From: an uncultured bacterium | GTDB lineage: Bacteria; Patescibacteriota; Minisyncoccia; Phycocordibacterales; CAIZLB01 | Reading direction: 5' to 3' | DNA: 64,000 nt | Assembly: GCA_903936565.1 (NCBI GenBank) | Contig: CAIZVZ010000001.1 | Span: 95,905 to 159,904 of the forward strand | Part shown: positions 39,766-50,120 of the stretch, in pieces | Layout: each line of letters begins with the position of its first letter | How positions within the stretch are numbered: the first letter of the stretch is position 1 | Made by a program: the position numbers and the translations under genes | The notes under the pieces: generated by a model | Database searches by the model: none | Told to the model about the DNA's origin: nothing | The model's input: only the letters and a program-made list of their open reading frames with translations

Positions 39766-40491
39766 TTATTTATGTGCCAAAAATACCTTTTCTAATAATC
39801 CTGAAGAAATTATATGCTGTGGCGTGTTATTTTCCACAACTTGGCCCTTATCCAAAAGGTACGCTCTATCTACAATTTCCAATACTGATTGCAAATTGTG
39901 CTCAACGATCATAATGGATGTTCCGTGCTTTTGATTAATTTCCTTTATCTTGGCAAAAACCTCCTTCACCACCTTTGGTGACAAACCAAGTGATGGCTCA
40001 TCAAGAAGTAGGACCTTTGGAGTTGTGACCAAACCTCTTGCGATTGCTACCATTTGTTGCTGCCCACCTGAGAGGTTTTTTGCTGGAACCTTTAGCTTTT
40101 TCCTGAGGTCTGGGAAAAGATCAAGAACCGCTTCAATGTTTGATTTCAAGACCGCTCTACTGTTTATTGAAAATCCTCCCATTTCTAGATTCTCAAGAAC
40201 GGTGAGAGATTTAAAGATTTGTCTTCCCTGTGGTACAAAGGAAATCCCACGCTCCACTATCTCATGCGGTACGGGGTAAATTCTTTCACCATAATAATAT
40301 ATCTCTCCACGCGTTACCGGTGCTATACCGAATAGGGCTTTTAGAATTGTAGACTTACCAGCGCCGTTTGGACCCATCAGGGCCAAGATTTCTCCGTCGT
40401 TTAAATATACGGTCGCACCGTCCAATGCCTTAACTCCACCGTAGTGGACGTGTATATCTTCTAGTCTTAAGAGATTTTCGTTTTCTTTCAT
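39766..40491 (-). CDS. livF: LIV-type ABC ATPase LivF
   Basis: GPNGAGKST, VPQGRQIF..LTV.ENL.MG, LSGGQQQM, LLDEPSLGLSP, VEHN. Confidence 0.93.
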   Translation of the reverse strand: MKENENLLRLEDIHVHYGGVKALDGATVYLNDGEILALMGPNGAGKSTILKALFGIAPVTRGEIYYYGERIYPVPHEIVERGISFVPQGRQIFKSLTVLENLEMGGFSINSRAVLKSNIEAVLDLFPDLRKKLKVPAKNLSGGQQQMVAIARGLVTTPKVLLLDEPSLGLSPKVVKEVFAKIKEINQKHGTSIMIVEHNLQSVLEIVDRAYLLDKGQVVENNTPQHIISSGLLEKVFLAHK

Positions 40492-40596
40492 GTGATGTTT
40501 TATTACCTATATTTTAACTTAAATTTGGGATAAATACAAAAGGCACCCATCTACATAGTTTATGTAAATCAGGTGCCGTTCTGCAGTAGTGTGACT

Positions 40597-41670
40597 TTAC
40601 TTAGGCAACATCCCATTCTCAATAACTCCAATCTTAAACTCCGGCTTTCTAACACCAACTGAATCAAATTCAATCTTTCCACTAACTCCACTTGAATTTG
40701 ATTTCAAGATGTTAGCCATCCATTTTGAATTATCAGAGCTGTAATTATTAGATAGTAGATTTACAGCATCATATCCAACGTTTCCAGTTAGTATATTTGA
40801 GTTGCCAAATCTTTTTGTATATGAGGCAACAAAGGCAGGTTCGTTGAAATTTCCAACAACCACAACCTTACTTCCGTTAAACATCTCTGGGCTCGCAATC
40901 TTCGTTGCTGACTCCCAACCATTTTGAAGATCACAATCGAAATAGTACGATACGTTCTTCATTCCTAATTCATTGAAAGTTTTAAGGAATCTTGCCATTA
41001 AGTCAGGTGTAATAACAAGGGCAACAGCATCAGGATTCAGAGCTTTAATCTTTAAAGCAAAAGTTCTAATATCTTGCTCTCCAAAATTCACAACAAACTC
41101 ATCTACATTTCCTTGATAACCCTCCTTAACACCCTTAGAAAATCTTGCAAAGACAGCGTGATTTCCTGTCACCATTACAACTTTTTGCTTTCCATCCTTT
41201 TTAATTTCTTGCCCCATTGCAACTTCACTTGCATAGTTCCCAGGATAAATTTGCAAAACATTGTCATCCTTTGGATCAAGTGATTGCTCACCGCCGTTGA
41301 TGACAGGCATTCCGTCCGCCACTACATCATTATAGATGGAATCGATAGTAATTGTATCAACTGCAATTAATACATTTATGTGATCTATACTTTTTAACTT
41401 CTTATAAGCCGACAATGACTTACCAGGGTCAAATGCTCCGTCTTCAACAATCAACTCAATTTTCTTGTCCGGATTTTTTGCTTTTATTTCCTCCACAGCA
41501 AGTAACGCACCGTTTCTAAAAGTTTCACCAACAGATGCATAGTTACCAGAGAAAGGACCAATAAGACCAATTCTCAAAACCTGATCATCCTTTTGTCCTC
41601 CACCAAATGCAAAAACCGCCACTACAACTATCACTATCGCGACCACCCAAGCAATAACTTTTTTATTCAT
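40597..41670 (-). CDS. LivJ-like SBP, array member 1 (subfamily A)
   Basis: TM anchor; IGLIGPFSG, VEDGAFDP, DDNVLQIYP, GYDA, GVSGKIEFD; ATG 41670. Confidence 0.9.
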   Translation of the reverse strand: MNKKVIAWVVAIVIVVVAVFAFGGGQKDDQVLRIGLIGPFSGNYASVGETFRNGALLAVEEIKAKNPDKKIELIVEDGAFDPGKSLSAYKKLKSIDHINVLIAVDTITIDSIYNDVVADGMPVINGGEQSLDPKDDNVLQIYPGNYASEVAMGQEIKKDGKQKVVMVTGNHAVFARFSKGVKEGYQGNVDEFVVNFGEQDIRTFALKIKALNPDAVALVITPDLMARFLKTFNELGMKNVSYYFDCDLQNGWESATKIASPEMFNGSKVVVVGNFNEPAFVASYTKRFGNSNILTGNVGYDAVNLLSNNYSSDNSKWMANILKSNSSGVSGKIEFDSVGVRKPEFKIGVIENGMLPK

Positions 41671-41796
41671 AATTTTATCTTTTAAATAATTAATGTAATC
41701 ATTATAAACCCTCTCACAATTAAAGACATTTAATTTGTATTTTGGCAATTATGCACACAATTAGGCTATGTTTAAAGGCTTATATTATTAATCAAT

Positions 41797-41837
41797 ATGT
41801 CAGGAATATTGACATTTTATTGATAAAGACATACAAT
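41797..41837 (+). promoter_or_regulatory. Sigma70 promoter TTGACA-N17-TACAAT with overlapping palindrome ATGTCA-N7-TGACAT
   Basis: -35 at 41809-41814, -10 at 41832-41837, ATG at 41846. Confidence 0.75.
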
Positions 41838-41845
41838 TAATCACA

Positions 41846-42637
41846 ATGTCAAGAAAAGTAACCAAAAATCCATATCTATTTTCTGCCAATGAGAGACTAT
41901 TGTTGGCTAATATACAAAAGCACAATACCCCACTTGAATTATCTGCTGTGACCAAAATCCCCCGCCCCACCGTTTACATTACACTAGAGAAATTAGAGAT
42001 TAGAAATTTAGTACACAGCACTAAGATTTTAAAGAAAAGAAAATGGTTCTTAAATGCAAATATTGAATTGAATGATTTGATAGGTAAGGACGGAGGTACC
42101 ACAATTCATCCAGTAAGTAACCCCACCTCCCCTACTCCAGGAGTCCAGATATATACAGACAAAAAGGATATCTTTAAAGTACTCGATAGAATAAGCGCGC
42201 CATCCAAAACTCGTCTTCAGATCTTGAGTGGAGATAATATTTTGAACGACTACGACACCGCAGTTGGAAAGAATAAAATAATTGAATTCAATGAAAAGAT
42301 TAAAGCTTCAAATATTATTGTTGAGGCAATTTGCACCAGATTTGTCTTTGACACTCAAATGGTCCACTTTGGTGAGGACTGGACCGAGTCTTATATGGGA
42401 AGATCCACTGAAGTGCACACGATTAATAAAAAGTATCTAAACCACAATAGGCAGATTTTCATCTATAACAATCGTGTCTACTTTTTTATGCTAGATAGAC
42501 CTGCCATTTTAGAAGTCTCTGATTCAAACCTAGTTAAAGCATTTATGTCTATTTTTGAATTCATCAAAGACTACTCACCAAACTTTGATATGAATAGTTA
42601 CATGAAGGAAAAAATGGATAAAAACAAGAGCAAGTAA
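41846..42637 (+). CDS. TrmB-like wHTH regulator, module 1
   Basis: ELSAVTKIPRPTVYITLEKLE HTH; C-terminal IFIYNNRV...SIFEF sensor-like domain. Confidence 0.8.
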   Translation: MSRKVTKNPYLFSANERLLLANIQKHNTPLELSAVTKIPRPTVYITLEKLEIRNLVHSTKILKKRKWFLNANIELNDLIGKDGGTTIHPVSNPTSPTPGVQIYTDKKDIFKVLDRISAPSKTRLQILSGDNILNDYDTAVGKNKIIEFNEKIKASNIIVEAICTRFVFDTQMVHFGEDWTESYMGRSTEVHTINKKYLNHNRQIFIYNNRVYFFMLDRPAILEVSDSNLVKAFMSIFEFIKDYSPNFDMNSYMKEKMDKNKSK

Positions 42638-42663
42638 AAAACAGCAGGAGTTCCTACTGTTTT
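42636..42663. terminator. Bidirectional terminator between modules 1 and 2
   Basis: AAAAAACAGCAGGAGTTCCTACTGTTTT. Confidence 0.7.
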
Positions 42664-42686
42664 CCACTCTACCCTCCAGCTAAATA

Positions 42687-43778
42687 TTATTTCACTGTTA
42701 ATTCTCCATTTATAATCTCCCCTATCTTAAATTGTGGCGGCCTCATACCCACGTCATTAAATCTTATTTCTCCGGTAACGCCCATTGCTTTATATTTCTC
42801 GATATTGCTCTTCCACTTAGACTGGTCTTTATCGTATAAATTAATAGCGGTCATATAAGCGTCATATCCAAAGCCTGATAACATAGATACGTTCTGATTA
42901 AATCTAACCTTATATTTCTCTTGAAACTCCTTAGTCATCTCTGCTGCAGAGTATAGACTCTTTGAACCGTTAAGAGTACTCAGACCTCCAAGTGCATCTT
43001 TGTAATCATTAATTCCAAATTGTAGATTGATGTCAAAGTACATGTGTTTAGGCACAGCATTGAAATCTTTCAACTTACGAACAAGCTTTGCTCCATCTTT
43101 TGCCTCCATAAATATAAGTAATCCATCCGGGTTTGATTCTTTTATTTTCAGTGCAATACTACTCATATCCTTTTCTGATGTACTTATTCTCTGAATTTCA
43201 ACCTCTCCCTTATATGTTTTAGTAAAGTCAGAAACAAATTTCTCATAAGCCTTAAATTGTTGCATGGCAATTACCACCTTCTTTACCTCATCCTTGTTTG
43301 CAACATCACCCATTACCCCAATTGAAGTTTGATCAGGATATATTTGATATATGTTATCTGCGATTGGATCACTCTCCGCTCCAAGTTGAAATGTAAGCAT
43401 TCCGCTATCGTGAACATCCTTAGAGATAACATCTATTGTTGGAGATGACAGATTAATTAGCGTGTCAATTTTATTAATAGAAACTAATTTCTGATACGCT
43501 GACGCACCTTTTTTTGAGTCAAAGTTATCATCTTCAATAAATACATTTATTTTCTTTTCGGGATGTGCTTTTGCATATTCCTCCTTGGCTAAAGTGATTC
43601 CGTTAGCAAAACCCTGACCCAAGTTGTCACCTCCAGATATTAAACCTGTAAGTGAGGTTATAACACCTATATTAATTGAGTCTGCCTGCTTACCATTTGA
43701 ACCATTAAGCGATATGACGATGATGACAATTACTGCTATTGCTACCAAACCTGTTACTAATTTATTATTTTTCTTCAT
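42687..43778 (-). CDS. LivJ-like SBP, array member 2 (subfamily A)
   Basis: TM anchor; IGVITSLTG, IEDDNFD, ADNIYQIYP, GYDA, GVTGEIRFN. Confidence 0.9.
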   Translation of the reverse strand: MKKNNKLVTGLVAIAVIVIIVISLNGSNGKQADSINIGVITSLTGLISGGDNLGQGFANGITLAKEEYAKAHPEKKINVFIEDDNFDSKKGASAYQKLVSINKIDTLINLSSPTIDVISKDVHDSGMLTFQLGAESDPIADNIYQIYPDQTSIGVMGDVANKDEVKKVVIAMQQFKAYEKFVSDFTKTYKGEVEIQRISTSEKDMSSIALKIKESNPDGLLIFMEAKDGAKLVRKLKDFNAVPKHMYFDINLQFGINDYKDALGGLSTLNGSKSLYSAAEMTKEFQEKYKVRFNQNVSMLSGFGYDAYMTAINLYDKDQSKWKSNIEKYKAMGVTGEIRFNDVGMRPPQFKIGEIINGELTVK

Positions 43779-43899
43779 ATTTTTTAATTTATTTTTATGA
43801 CATCATTTTATGGCAATGTACAGATAGAGTCAAAGTTTATAAATATGACTAACCGATATTAGGCCTATTTATAGAGCTAATATGGTCATACATAATTGG

Positions 43900-43939
43900 T
43901 AGTCAGAAATATTGACTATTTTGCAAATATTGATAAAAT
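43900..43939 (+). promoter_or_regulatory. Promoter TTGACT..TGaTAAAAT with overlapping palindrome TAGTCA-N7-TGACTA
   Basis: Palindrome 43900-43918, -10 at 43934-43939, ATG at 43947. Confidence 0.7.
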
Positions 43940-43946
43940 GTTGTAT

Positions 43947-44684
43947 ATGAATGAAATACTAAAAGCACTAACGAACGCTGGCCTAAATCAAAAGGAGGCA
44001 GAAATATATCTAATTCTTTTAAAACTAAAGACTGCCACAGCCTATAAAATTGCAAAGGACTCTTCCATCAAAAAACCGACCGTGTATGTAATTCTTGAAA
44101 CACTAAGGCAAAAAGGCTTTATTCTTAAGACCCCTTCAAAGCGAGGTACGGTCTATACTGCAAAGTCCCCCGATGAATTCATCAATATTATTGAACAGAA
44201 GTTTACTAGCGTCCTCAACACCCTACCTTTACTTAAAAGTATATTTAAGGAAAGTTCAAATAATATTAATGTCTTTTATTTTGAGGGAATGAAAGGTCTA
44301 GAAGATTTATGCTATTACAGATTCGATGAGATAAATGATACCGAGATGGTTGGATTCTTTGCTAAGCCATCAACTAATTTTAAGGAATACGAAGCGTTAT
44401 TTACGAAATGGTCAAAAGATCTATTAAAAAGAAAAGTAAAAATAAGTGGAATAACCCCGGACCATCAATATATGAAAGGTCAAGTTGAAAATAACAGAGA
44501 TGCTTATCGTAATTTGAAATTAGTAGACCCGGAAAAATATTCATCAACCGTTTCCATAGATGTCTCGCTTAATTTTGTAAGAATCATGGATCTCAAGAAT
44601 CTTAATGGAGTTATAATTGAGAATACTGATTTAGCAAACGCGATTCACCAGGTGTTTGATATGGTCTGGGAGGGTCTCAAATAA
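43947..44684 (+). CDS. TrmB-like regulator, module 2
   Basis: GLNQKEAEIYLILL..TAYKIAK..IKKPTVYVILETL..KG; YFEGMKG; GVIIEN..A..FDMVW; ATG 43947. Confidence 0.88.
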   Translation: MNEILKALTNAGLNQKEAEIYLILLKLKTATAYKIAKDSSIKKPTVYVILETLRQKGFILKTPSKRGTVYTAKSPDEFINIIEQKFTSVLNTLPLLKSIFKESSNNINVFYFEGMKGLEDLCYYRFDEINDTEMVGFFAKPSTNFKEYEALFTKWSKDLLKRKVKISGITPDHQYMKGQVENNRDAYRNLKLVDPEKYSSTVSIDVSLNFVRIMDLKNLNGVIIENTDLANAIHQVFDMVWEGLK

Positions 44685-44691
44685 TATTATA

Positions 44692-45765
44692 CTATTTAAT
44701 ATCCACAAACTTACCATCTGCAACAGTAGAGACTTGATATTGATCCTGTAAGTCACCATTGGTGTCAAAATTGATTGAGTAAGTTAGACCCGGATAATCT
44801 TTTATACCAGCTACATAATCTTTTATACACAGATTCTTGTCCCCTGTTGTACATTTATCTAGGGAAGAAATTAGTATTTTCATGGAGTCATAATTTCTAG
44901 TAGTCACATAGTTTGGAGCTTCCTTATACTTCTCCAGATATGACGTCCCAAAATCTTTATTTACCAACAGTACTGAAGGCGAAATTATAATCACACCCTC
45001 TGCGTATTGTCCCGCCATATTAATCAACTCTGGACTATAGCATGCCGATCCGCAATATATCTTCGTATTAACACCAAGCTCCCTTGCTTGTTTTACAAAA
45101 ATTCCCGCTTCCTTTCCCCATGAGGCAATAAATATCACATCCGGATTTGCGTTTTTTATTTTTATTATTTGAGATCTTAAATCAGTATCTGTTGGCAAAA
45201 AACCTTCTGATGCCACTATATTATCTTTATCAAAATTTTTAGTAAATGCATCTGCAATCCCCTTTCCATAATCATTATTAAGATAAATAACCGCTACTCT
45301 TTTTTTGCCGTCCTTTAATATCGTGCTTTTAATTGTAGACATTTCAACATCAGTTGTACCGTTTATTCTAAAAGTATAATCGTTAGGAGTTGAATACGGT
45401 GGGGCCGCTACTATACTAAATGTTGGTATTTTACTTTCATTGACTACAGGTGCAATCGCCATAGCAACTGGACTTCCAAGTGAAAATACAGCTCTAATAC
45501 TTTTATCATTTTTATATTGATTAATGATAGATATAGCCTTCTTAGCGTCTAGCTGACTATCTTCAAAAATAATCTCAAGATTCTTACCCTCTGACGCTAG
45601 CTGCAAACCTCTTTTTGCCCATTCTCCATGTTGAGAATTAGAACCACTCAAAGGAAGTATCGCAAGCACCCTATCTTTACCAGAATTATTATTCCAACCA
45701 CTGAATACGACAATAAAGACGATTATTACGATAGCGGCAATCCAGTATAATTTGTTTTTATTCAT
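44692..45765 (-). CDS. LivJ-like SBP, array member 3
   Basis: ILPLSG, FEDSQLD, YTFRI, NNDYGKG, DLRSQIIKIK..NPD, YD, YPGLT..INFD.NGD. Confidence 0.92.
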   Translation of the reverse strand: MNKNKLYWIAAIVIIVFIVVFSGWNNNSGKDRVLAILPLSGSNSQHGEWAKRGLQLASEGKNLEIIFEDSQLDAKKAISIINQYKNDKSIRAVFSLGSPVAMAIAPVVNESKIPTFSIVAAPPYSTPNDYTFRINGTTDVEMSTIKSTILKDGKKRVAVIYLNNDYGKGIADAFTKNFDKDNIVASEGFLPTDTDLRSQIIKIKNANPDVIFIASWGKEAGIFVKQARELGVNTKIYCGSACYSPELINMAGQYAEGVIIISPSVLLVNKDFGTSYLEKYKEAPNYVTTRNYDSMKILISSLDKCTTGDKNLCIKDYVAGIKDYPGLTYSINFDTNGDLQDQYQVSTVADGKFVDIK

Positions 45766-45865
45766 TATGTTGAAATTATACTACCTCCACATACTGAGTC
45801 AAATTACATAAATTATTTAGAATTTCTTTATAGAGGCATTATACCCTTTATTTATAATTGTCGGC

Positions 45866-46693
45866 ATGACAAAAATAAACATAAAGAATCAAGAAATTAC
45901 AATCAATTTATCAAAGATGGGAGATGATTATATATCGCTGACAGACATAGCTAGATACAAGAATCCACATGAACCGAAGGATGTGGTAAAAAACTGGATG
46001 AGAAATAAAAATACTATTGAATTTTTAGGGTTGTGGGAAAGAATAAACAACCCTCATTTTAAGGGGGTCGAATTCGACCCCCTTAAAAAAGAAGCTGGTT
46101 TAAACAGTTTTACCCTATCCCCAGAAAGATGGACCAAGCTGACTGGTGCTATTGGCGTTAAAACACTAGCTAGGCGTCACAATGGCGGGACATTTGCCCA
46201 CAAAGATATCGCTTTCGAATTTGCAAGTTGGGTATCTTCTGAATTTAAGCTGTATTTGATTAAGGAGTTCCAAAGGTTAAAAAATGAGGAGAACGATAGA
46301 CTGAATCTCGGATGGAATGTTAGGAGATTGTTAACTAAAATAAATTACAAGATACACACAGATTCCATAAAAGAAAACATAGTCATGCCTCAAAAGTTAT
46401 CTGGAAAGGATTCAATGGCGGTTTATGCCAATGAAGCCGATGTTTTAAATAAAGCCTTATTTGGTATCACAGCTAAAGAATGGAGAGATGCGAACACAAA
46501 GCTTAGAGGTAACATCAGAGACTATGCAAATATCATACAATTAGTCTGTTTAGTTAATTTAGAAAACTTGAATTCAGAATACATCAAGGAAGGACTTAGC
46601 CAAGGAGAAAGATTAATTAAGTTAAATGAAATTGCAATTCATCAGATGGGTTTACTTATAGATAATTCGGGTATCAGAAAGCTGGGCAAATAA
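45866..46693 (+). CDS. KilA-N domain DNA-binding protein
   Basis: DYISLTDIARYK..VKNWMRNKNTIEFLGLWE..GGTFAHKDIAFEFASW..FKLYLIKEFQRLK. Confidence 0.92.
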   Translation: MTKINIKNQEITINLSKMGDDYISLTDIARYKNPHEPKDVVKNWMRNKNTIEFLGLWERINNPHFKGVEFDPLKKEAGLNSFTLSPERWTKLTGAIGVKTLARRHNGGTFAHKDIAFEFASWVSSEFKLYLIKEFQRLKNEENDRLNLGWNVRRLLTKINYKIHTDSIKENIVMPQKLSGKDSMAVYANEADVLNKALFGITAKEWRDANTKLRGNIRDYANIIQLVCLVNLENLNSEYIKEGLSQGERLIKLNEIAIHQMGLLIDNSGIRKLGK

Positions 46694-46761
46694 GTGTCAA
46701 ATTTTAAGTAGGTTAAATTAGGTCAGTTTAAAGGGTTCTATTTAAGCCTCTTTAAAACCAC

Positions 46762-46793
46762 AAAAAACAGCGGATGAAATCCGCTGTTTTTTT
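46762..46793. terminator. Bidirectional terminator
   Basis: AAAAAACAGCGGAT-GAA-ATCCGCTGTTTTTT. Confidence 0.88.
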
Positions 46794-46814
46794 ATATCAA
46801 TAATCTCAAACTCT

Positions 46815-47882
46815 CTACTCCTCCAGCTTCACAAACTTCCCATCCTTGAATATGTGTAGCTCGTACGCAGCTGGTCTTGTTCCTTGGTTATCAAAGGAAA
46901 CTCTTCCTGACACACCATCAAAATTTGTTTTAGCCACCACTGATTTCCAATCTTTCTTAGGAACACCTCCTAGCTTCTTAATGATTTCTGCAGAGTCATA
47001 AGCATAATCACTTATGAACAATGGATCGTAACCGTACTTGGCCTTAAATGCATCTTTGAAGCTCTGTGTAGTGTCTGATGGAAGATTAGCTGATATACAT
47101 CCCTGTAGCATCTTATCGCTTCCTAACGCCTTAATATAATCTCCAACAACAAACTCTATATTAGCATCACATATCACTGAAACATTCTTTGAACCCTTTT
47201 GTTCTCCAAGAGTCTTAAGTAATTTAATGCCAGTATCCTTATCAACAATCACCGTCATAGCATCTGGATTGAACGCAAGTATCTTCGCAACTTCTGTTCT
47301 CAGGTCTCCATTTGGAGCAATATTAAAATCCTCTGTAATTACATTTTGACCCAAAGCCTTTTTGAAGTATTCAGCGTCAGTCTTAAATATATCTAAGCTC
47401 CCACTGTATACCACAGCAATTCTACTGTATCTTTTTGAAGCCTCTTTTCCAACAGCACTAAAGATTGGATAACTGAATGGTATTGTTTGGAAAACCGTAT
47501 CATCTTTCTTTGTATTAGATTCAGTTAAGTGAAAAGTTAAAATTTGATCTTTTTCAATTAGAGCCTGATTAGCATCCAATGACGGACTATCAACATTTAT
47601 TATCACATCCACCTTATCGATTGAAGTTAACTTTTGATAAGCAGAAACTGCTTTCTTTGGATCAAATGCATCATCCTCAAACACAACCTGTATATTTGAA
47701 TCCTTTTCGAAACTCATTAAAATTGAATTTCGAATACTTTCACCAAGAGCTCCGTATTGTCCGGACATTGGCGCTATGACACCAACTTTAATTTTTCCAC
47801 TTGGCTTTTCTTTTGACGAATATGCAACCGCTGTCAAGATTATCGCTATTACAACTATTCCTATAATTATTTTTTTCCTCAT
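46815..47882 (-). CDS. LivJ-like SBP, array member 4 (subfamily A)
   Basis: KIKVGVIAPMSGQY, FEDDAFDP, YAYD, GVSGRVSFD. Confidence 0.9.
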   Translation of the reverse strand: MRKKIIIGIVVIAIILTAVAYSSKEKPSGKIKVGVIAPMSGQYGALGESIRNSILMSFEKDSNIQVVFEDDAFDPKKAVSAYQKLTSIDKVDVIINVDSPSLDANQALIEKDQILTFHLTESNTKKDDTVFQTIPFSYPIFSAVGKEASKRYSRIAVVYSGSLDIFKTDAEYFKKALGQNVITEDFNIAPNGDLRTEVAKILAFNPDAMTVIVDKDTGIKLLKTLGEQKGSKNVSVICDANIEFVVGDYIKALGSDKMLQGCISANLPSDTTQSFKDAFKAKYGYDPLFISDYAYDSAEIIKKLGGVPKKDWKSVVAKTNFDGVSGRVSFDNQGTRPAAYELHIFKDGKFVKLEE

Positions 47883-48065
47883 AAATTTAATTTGATTATT
47901 ATCTATTAAATTAACTGTTAATTTCTGATGTCAAAATTATAAAACAGATGCTGTGAGTTGTAAAAAGTAAGGTCATTTTCATAAGCACTTCCAAATAGTC
48001 CTTTATATACAAAGTATTTTATAATATATATTGACTAAAAGTTCGACATAATATACTATTTAAAC

Positions 48066-48911
48066 ATGAAAATAAGCAAGGAGAATGCGGAAATACTTGG
48101 TTTATCAAAGGCGGAGCTTTCTATTATCGATAGCCTAGAAGCAAAGGACTCCAAACACAAAGACCTCTCCATCATCAATATATCAAAAGAAACTGGCATC
48201 CCCCGCACTTCCCTGTACTATATGCTACCTAAATTAGAAAAACGTGGTTTTATTGAAATTAAAAGAAATAACAAGAAAATATTCTGGCGAAAAAGCAGGG
48301 ATGAAGATTTTCAAAAGAAATTCTTGAGAACAATTGAAGACATTACCGAGAATAAAATTACTCACCACTCCCCCACCTCGAACAACAACCACATAAAAGT
48401 GCTTTATGGTACAGATCAGCTTTCAACAGTCTTTGATGAGATCACCGCCCTGCCTAGCAGAACTAGAGTTTTTGCTATTCAACCGGACCTATCAATTCTA
48501 GATGTGATCAAGAAACTACCTATTAAAAAATCAATAGCGGTCTGTGACGGTATTAAAAGTAAACATCTCATAATGGATGGAATAGTACATGAAAAATCTA
48601 TTGATTCCATAAAAGGCTCACTTAGTGACAAAAGAGTTACGAAGGAATTACTCAGCAGCTTCGGAGGAAGATCTGCTGATATGGCTAAAATGCCAGATAA
48701 CTTTCTGCCTACCACCCACGCTGAAACATATCTTTATGAAGATAAGGTTACGCTATTGAATTGGGATAAAGAAATAGCGGTCATTATAAAAGATAAGGAC
48801 ATATTCCAACTTATCAAGGAAATGTTTAATTCCACAAAATATCTAATGGAGAGATACGATCAGAATGAGAAGATTGCGAGAAGATTGGTAGATTTAGAAA
48901 AACTACATTAG
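48066..48911 (+). CDS. TrmB-like regulator, module 4
   Basis: LGLSKAE..ISKETGIPRTSLYYMLPKLEKRGFI; GRSAD; YLYEDKV..NW; TTGACT-N17-TACTAT immediately upstream. Confidence 0.82.
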   Translation: MKISKENAEILGLSKAELSIIDSLEAKDSKHKDLSIINISKETGIPRTSLYYMLPKLEKRGFIEIKRNNKKIFWRKSRDEDFQKKFLRTIEDITENKITHHSPTSNNNHIKVLYGTDQLSTVFDEITALPSRTRVFAIQPDLSILDVIKKLPIKKSIAVCDGIKSKHLIMDGIVHEKSIDSIKGSLSDKRVTKELLSSFGGRSADMAKMPDNFLPTTHAETYLYEDKVTLLNWDKEIAVIIKDKDIFQLIKEMFNSTKYLMERYDQNEKIARRLVDLEKLH

Positions 48912-48944
48912 AATCAAGATATATAAACGAGGGTGGTTTTTATA

Positions 48945-50012
48945 TTAGAACTCCGTTACCTCTAAATAATCCTTTCTTGAAACAACATCCCCATTTGACT
49001 GGAATTTATATGATGTCATTGCCCCGTCGATTCCAGCTAGAGCTTTATTCTTTAAAAGCTTGACCCTGTCACTGTCCACAACCTCAACACCATCAAGTGA
49101 CTTATCAATAAAGTTCAAGACATCAAATGTAACAGCATTATAGAAAGGATACGTTGGCTCATGTCTATATTTCATTTTAAAATCAGAAATATACTTATTA
49201 TATCCATCACTCTTTAGTACTGTTTTTAGACATTGTCCATGAATATCAAATTTGGAAATCATAGATAATTTATCACAGACATTAACATCTCCAAGAATTT
49301 TATTACTTATTCCAAGCTCCCCCATTTCCCCTAGGATAATTTTAGTAGCACCATCAGCGACTGGTATAAAAATTATTTCATCGTATTTCAAATCCTTTAG
49401 TTTCGAAAGTTCACTCCTATAACTTACCGCATCTGACGCATAAGTAATCCTTGAAACTATTTGACTACCAACCTGACTTATCAAGAAATCACCTGCAGAT
49501 TGTGAATAATCTTGCTTTTCATGCATTAAGACATATTTTTGGTCTGGATTTTGCTTCACAATATTTACAAGATTTTCAGAAATAGAAAGTCCATCTGGAA
49601 TAAATCGAATAACCTCGTCCCCCGTTTTTCTAATTTCAATTGAACCACCAAAACCTGTCATAATTACATTTCCATCTTCTTTAACAACAGGAGCAAGAGC
49701 AAGGATACTTCCACTACACGCAACGACATACACCTTAATACCCTGAGATTTTAAAATATTATAAGCAGACAATGCGCCCTTTCCAGTACATTGATCATCT
49801 TGTGCCACAAACTGTATATTTTTTGCGCGCTCACCATACATCTTTACTGATTTCTGTAAATCGTCAGTAATAGATGCGGCTGGACCAGTTAAAGGCATAA
49901 TTAATCCTACCTTTATCTTTTCTCCATCATTTTTATTAGCAAAGGCAAAGACAATGCCTAGCACAATTACAATTAGTAGTACCAATATCCACTTAAAATT
50001 ATTGTTTTTCAT
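48945..50012 (-). CDS. LivJ-like SBP, array member 5
   Basis: VGLIMPLTGP, QDDQC, CSGS, YRSELSKLK, FD; ATG 50012. Confidence 0.9.
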   Translation of the reverse strand: MKNNNFKWILVLLIVIVLGIVFAFANKNDGEKIKVGLIMPLTGPAASITDDLQKSVKMYGERAKNIQFVAQDDQCTGKGALSAYNILKSQGIKVYVVACSGSILALAPVVKEDGNVIMTGFGGSIEIRKTGDEVIRFIPDGLSISENLVNIVKQNPDQKYVLMHEKQDYSQSAGDFLISQVGSQIVSRITYASDAVSYRSELSKLKDLKYDEIIFIPVADGATKIILGEMGELGISNKILGDVNVCDKLSMISKFDIHGQCLKTVLKSDGYNKYISDFKMKYRHEPTYPFYNAVTFDVLNFIDKSLDGVEVVDSDRVKLLKNKALAGIDGAMTSYKFQSNGDVVSRKDYLEVTEF

Positions 50013-50120
50013 AATGTCTAATATTATACAACAGCACAGGATTGTGTACAAAATAATAGACTATTACTTCACGGGACTTGATTTTATCCTTATATTACTA
50101 TATATTATCGATTATAAATT

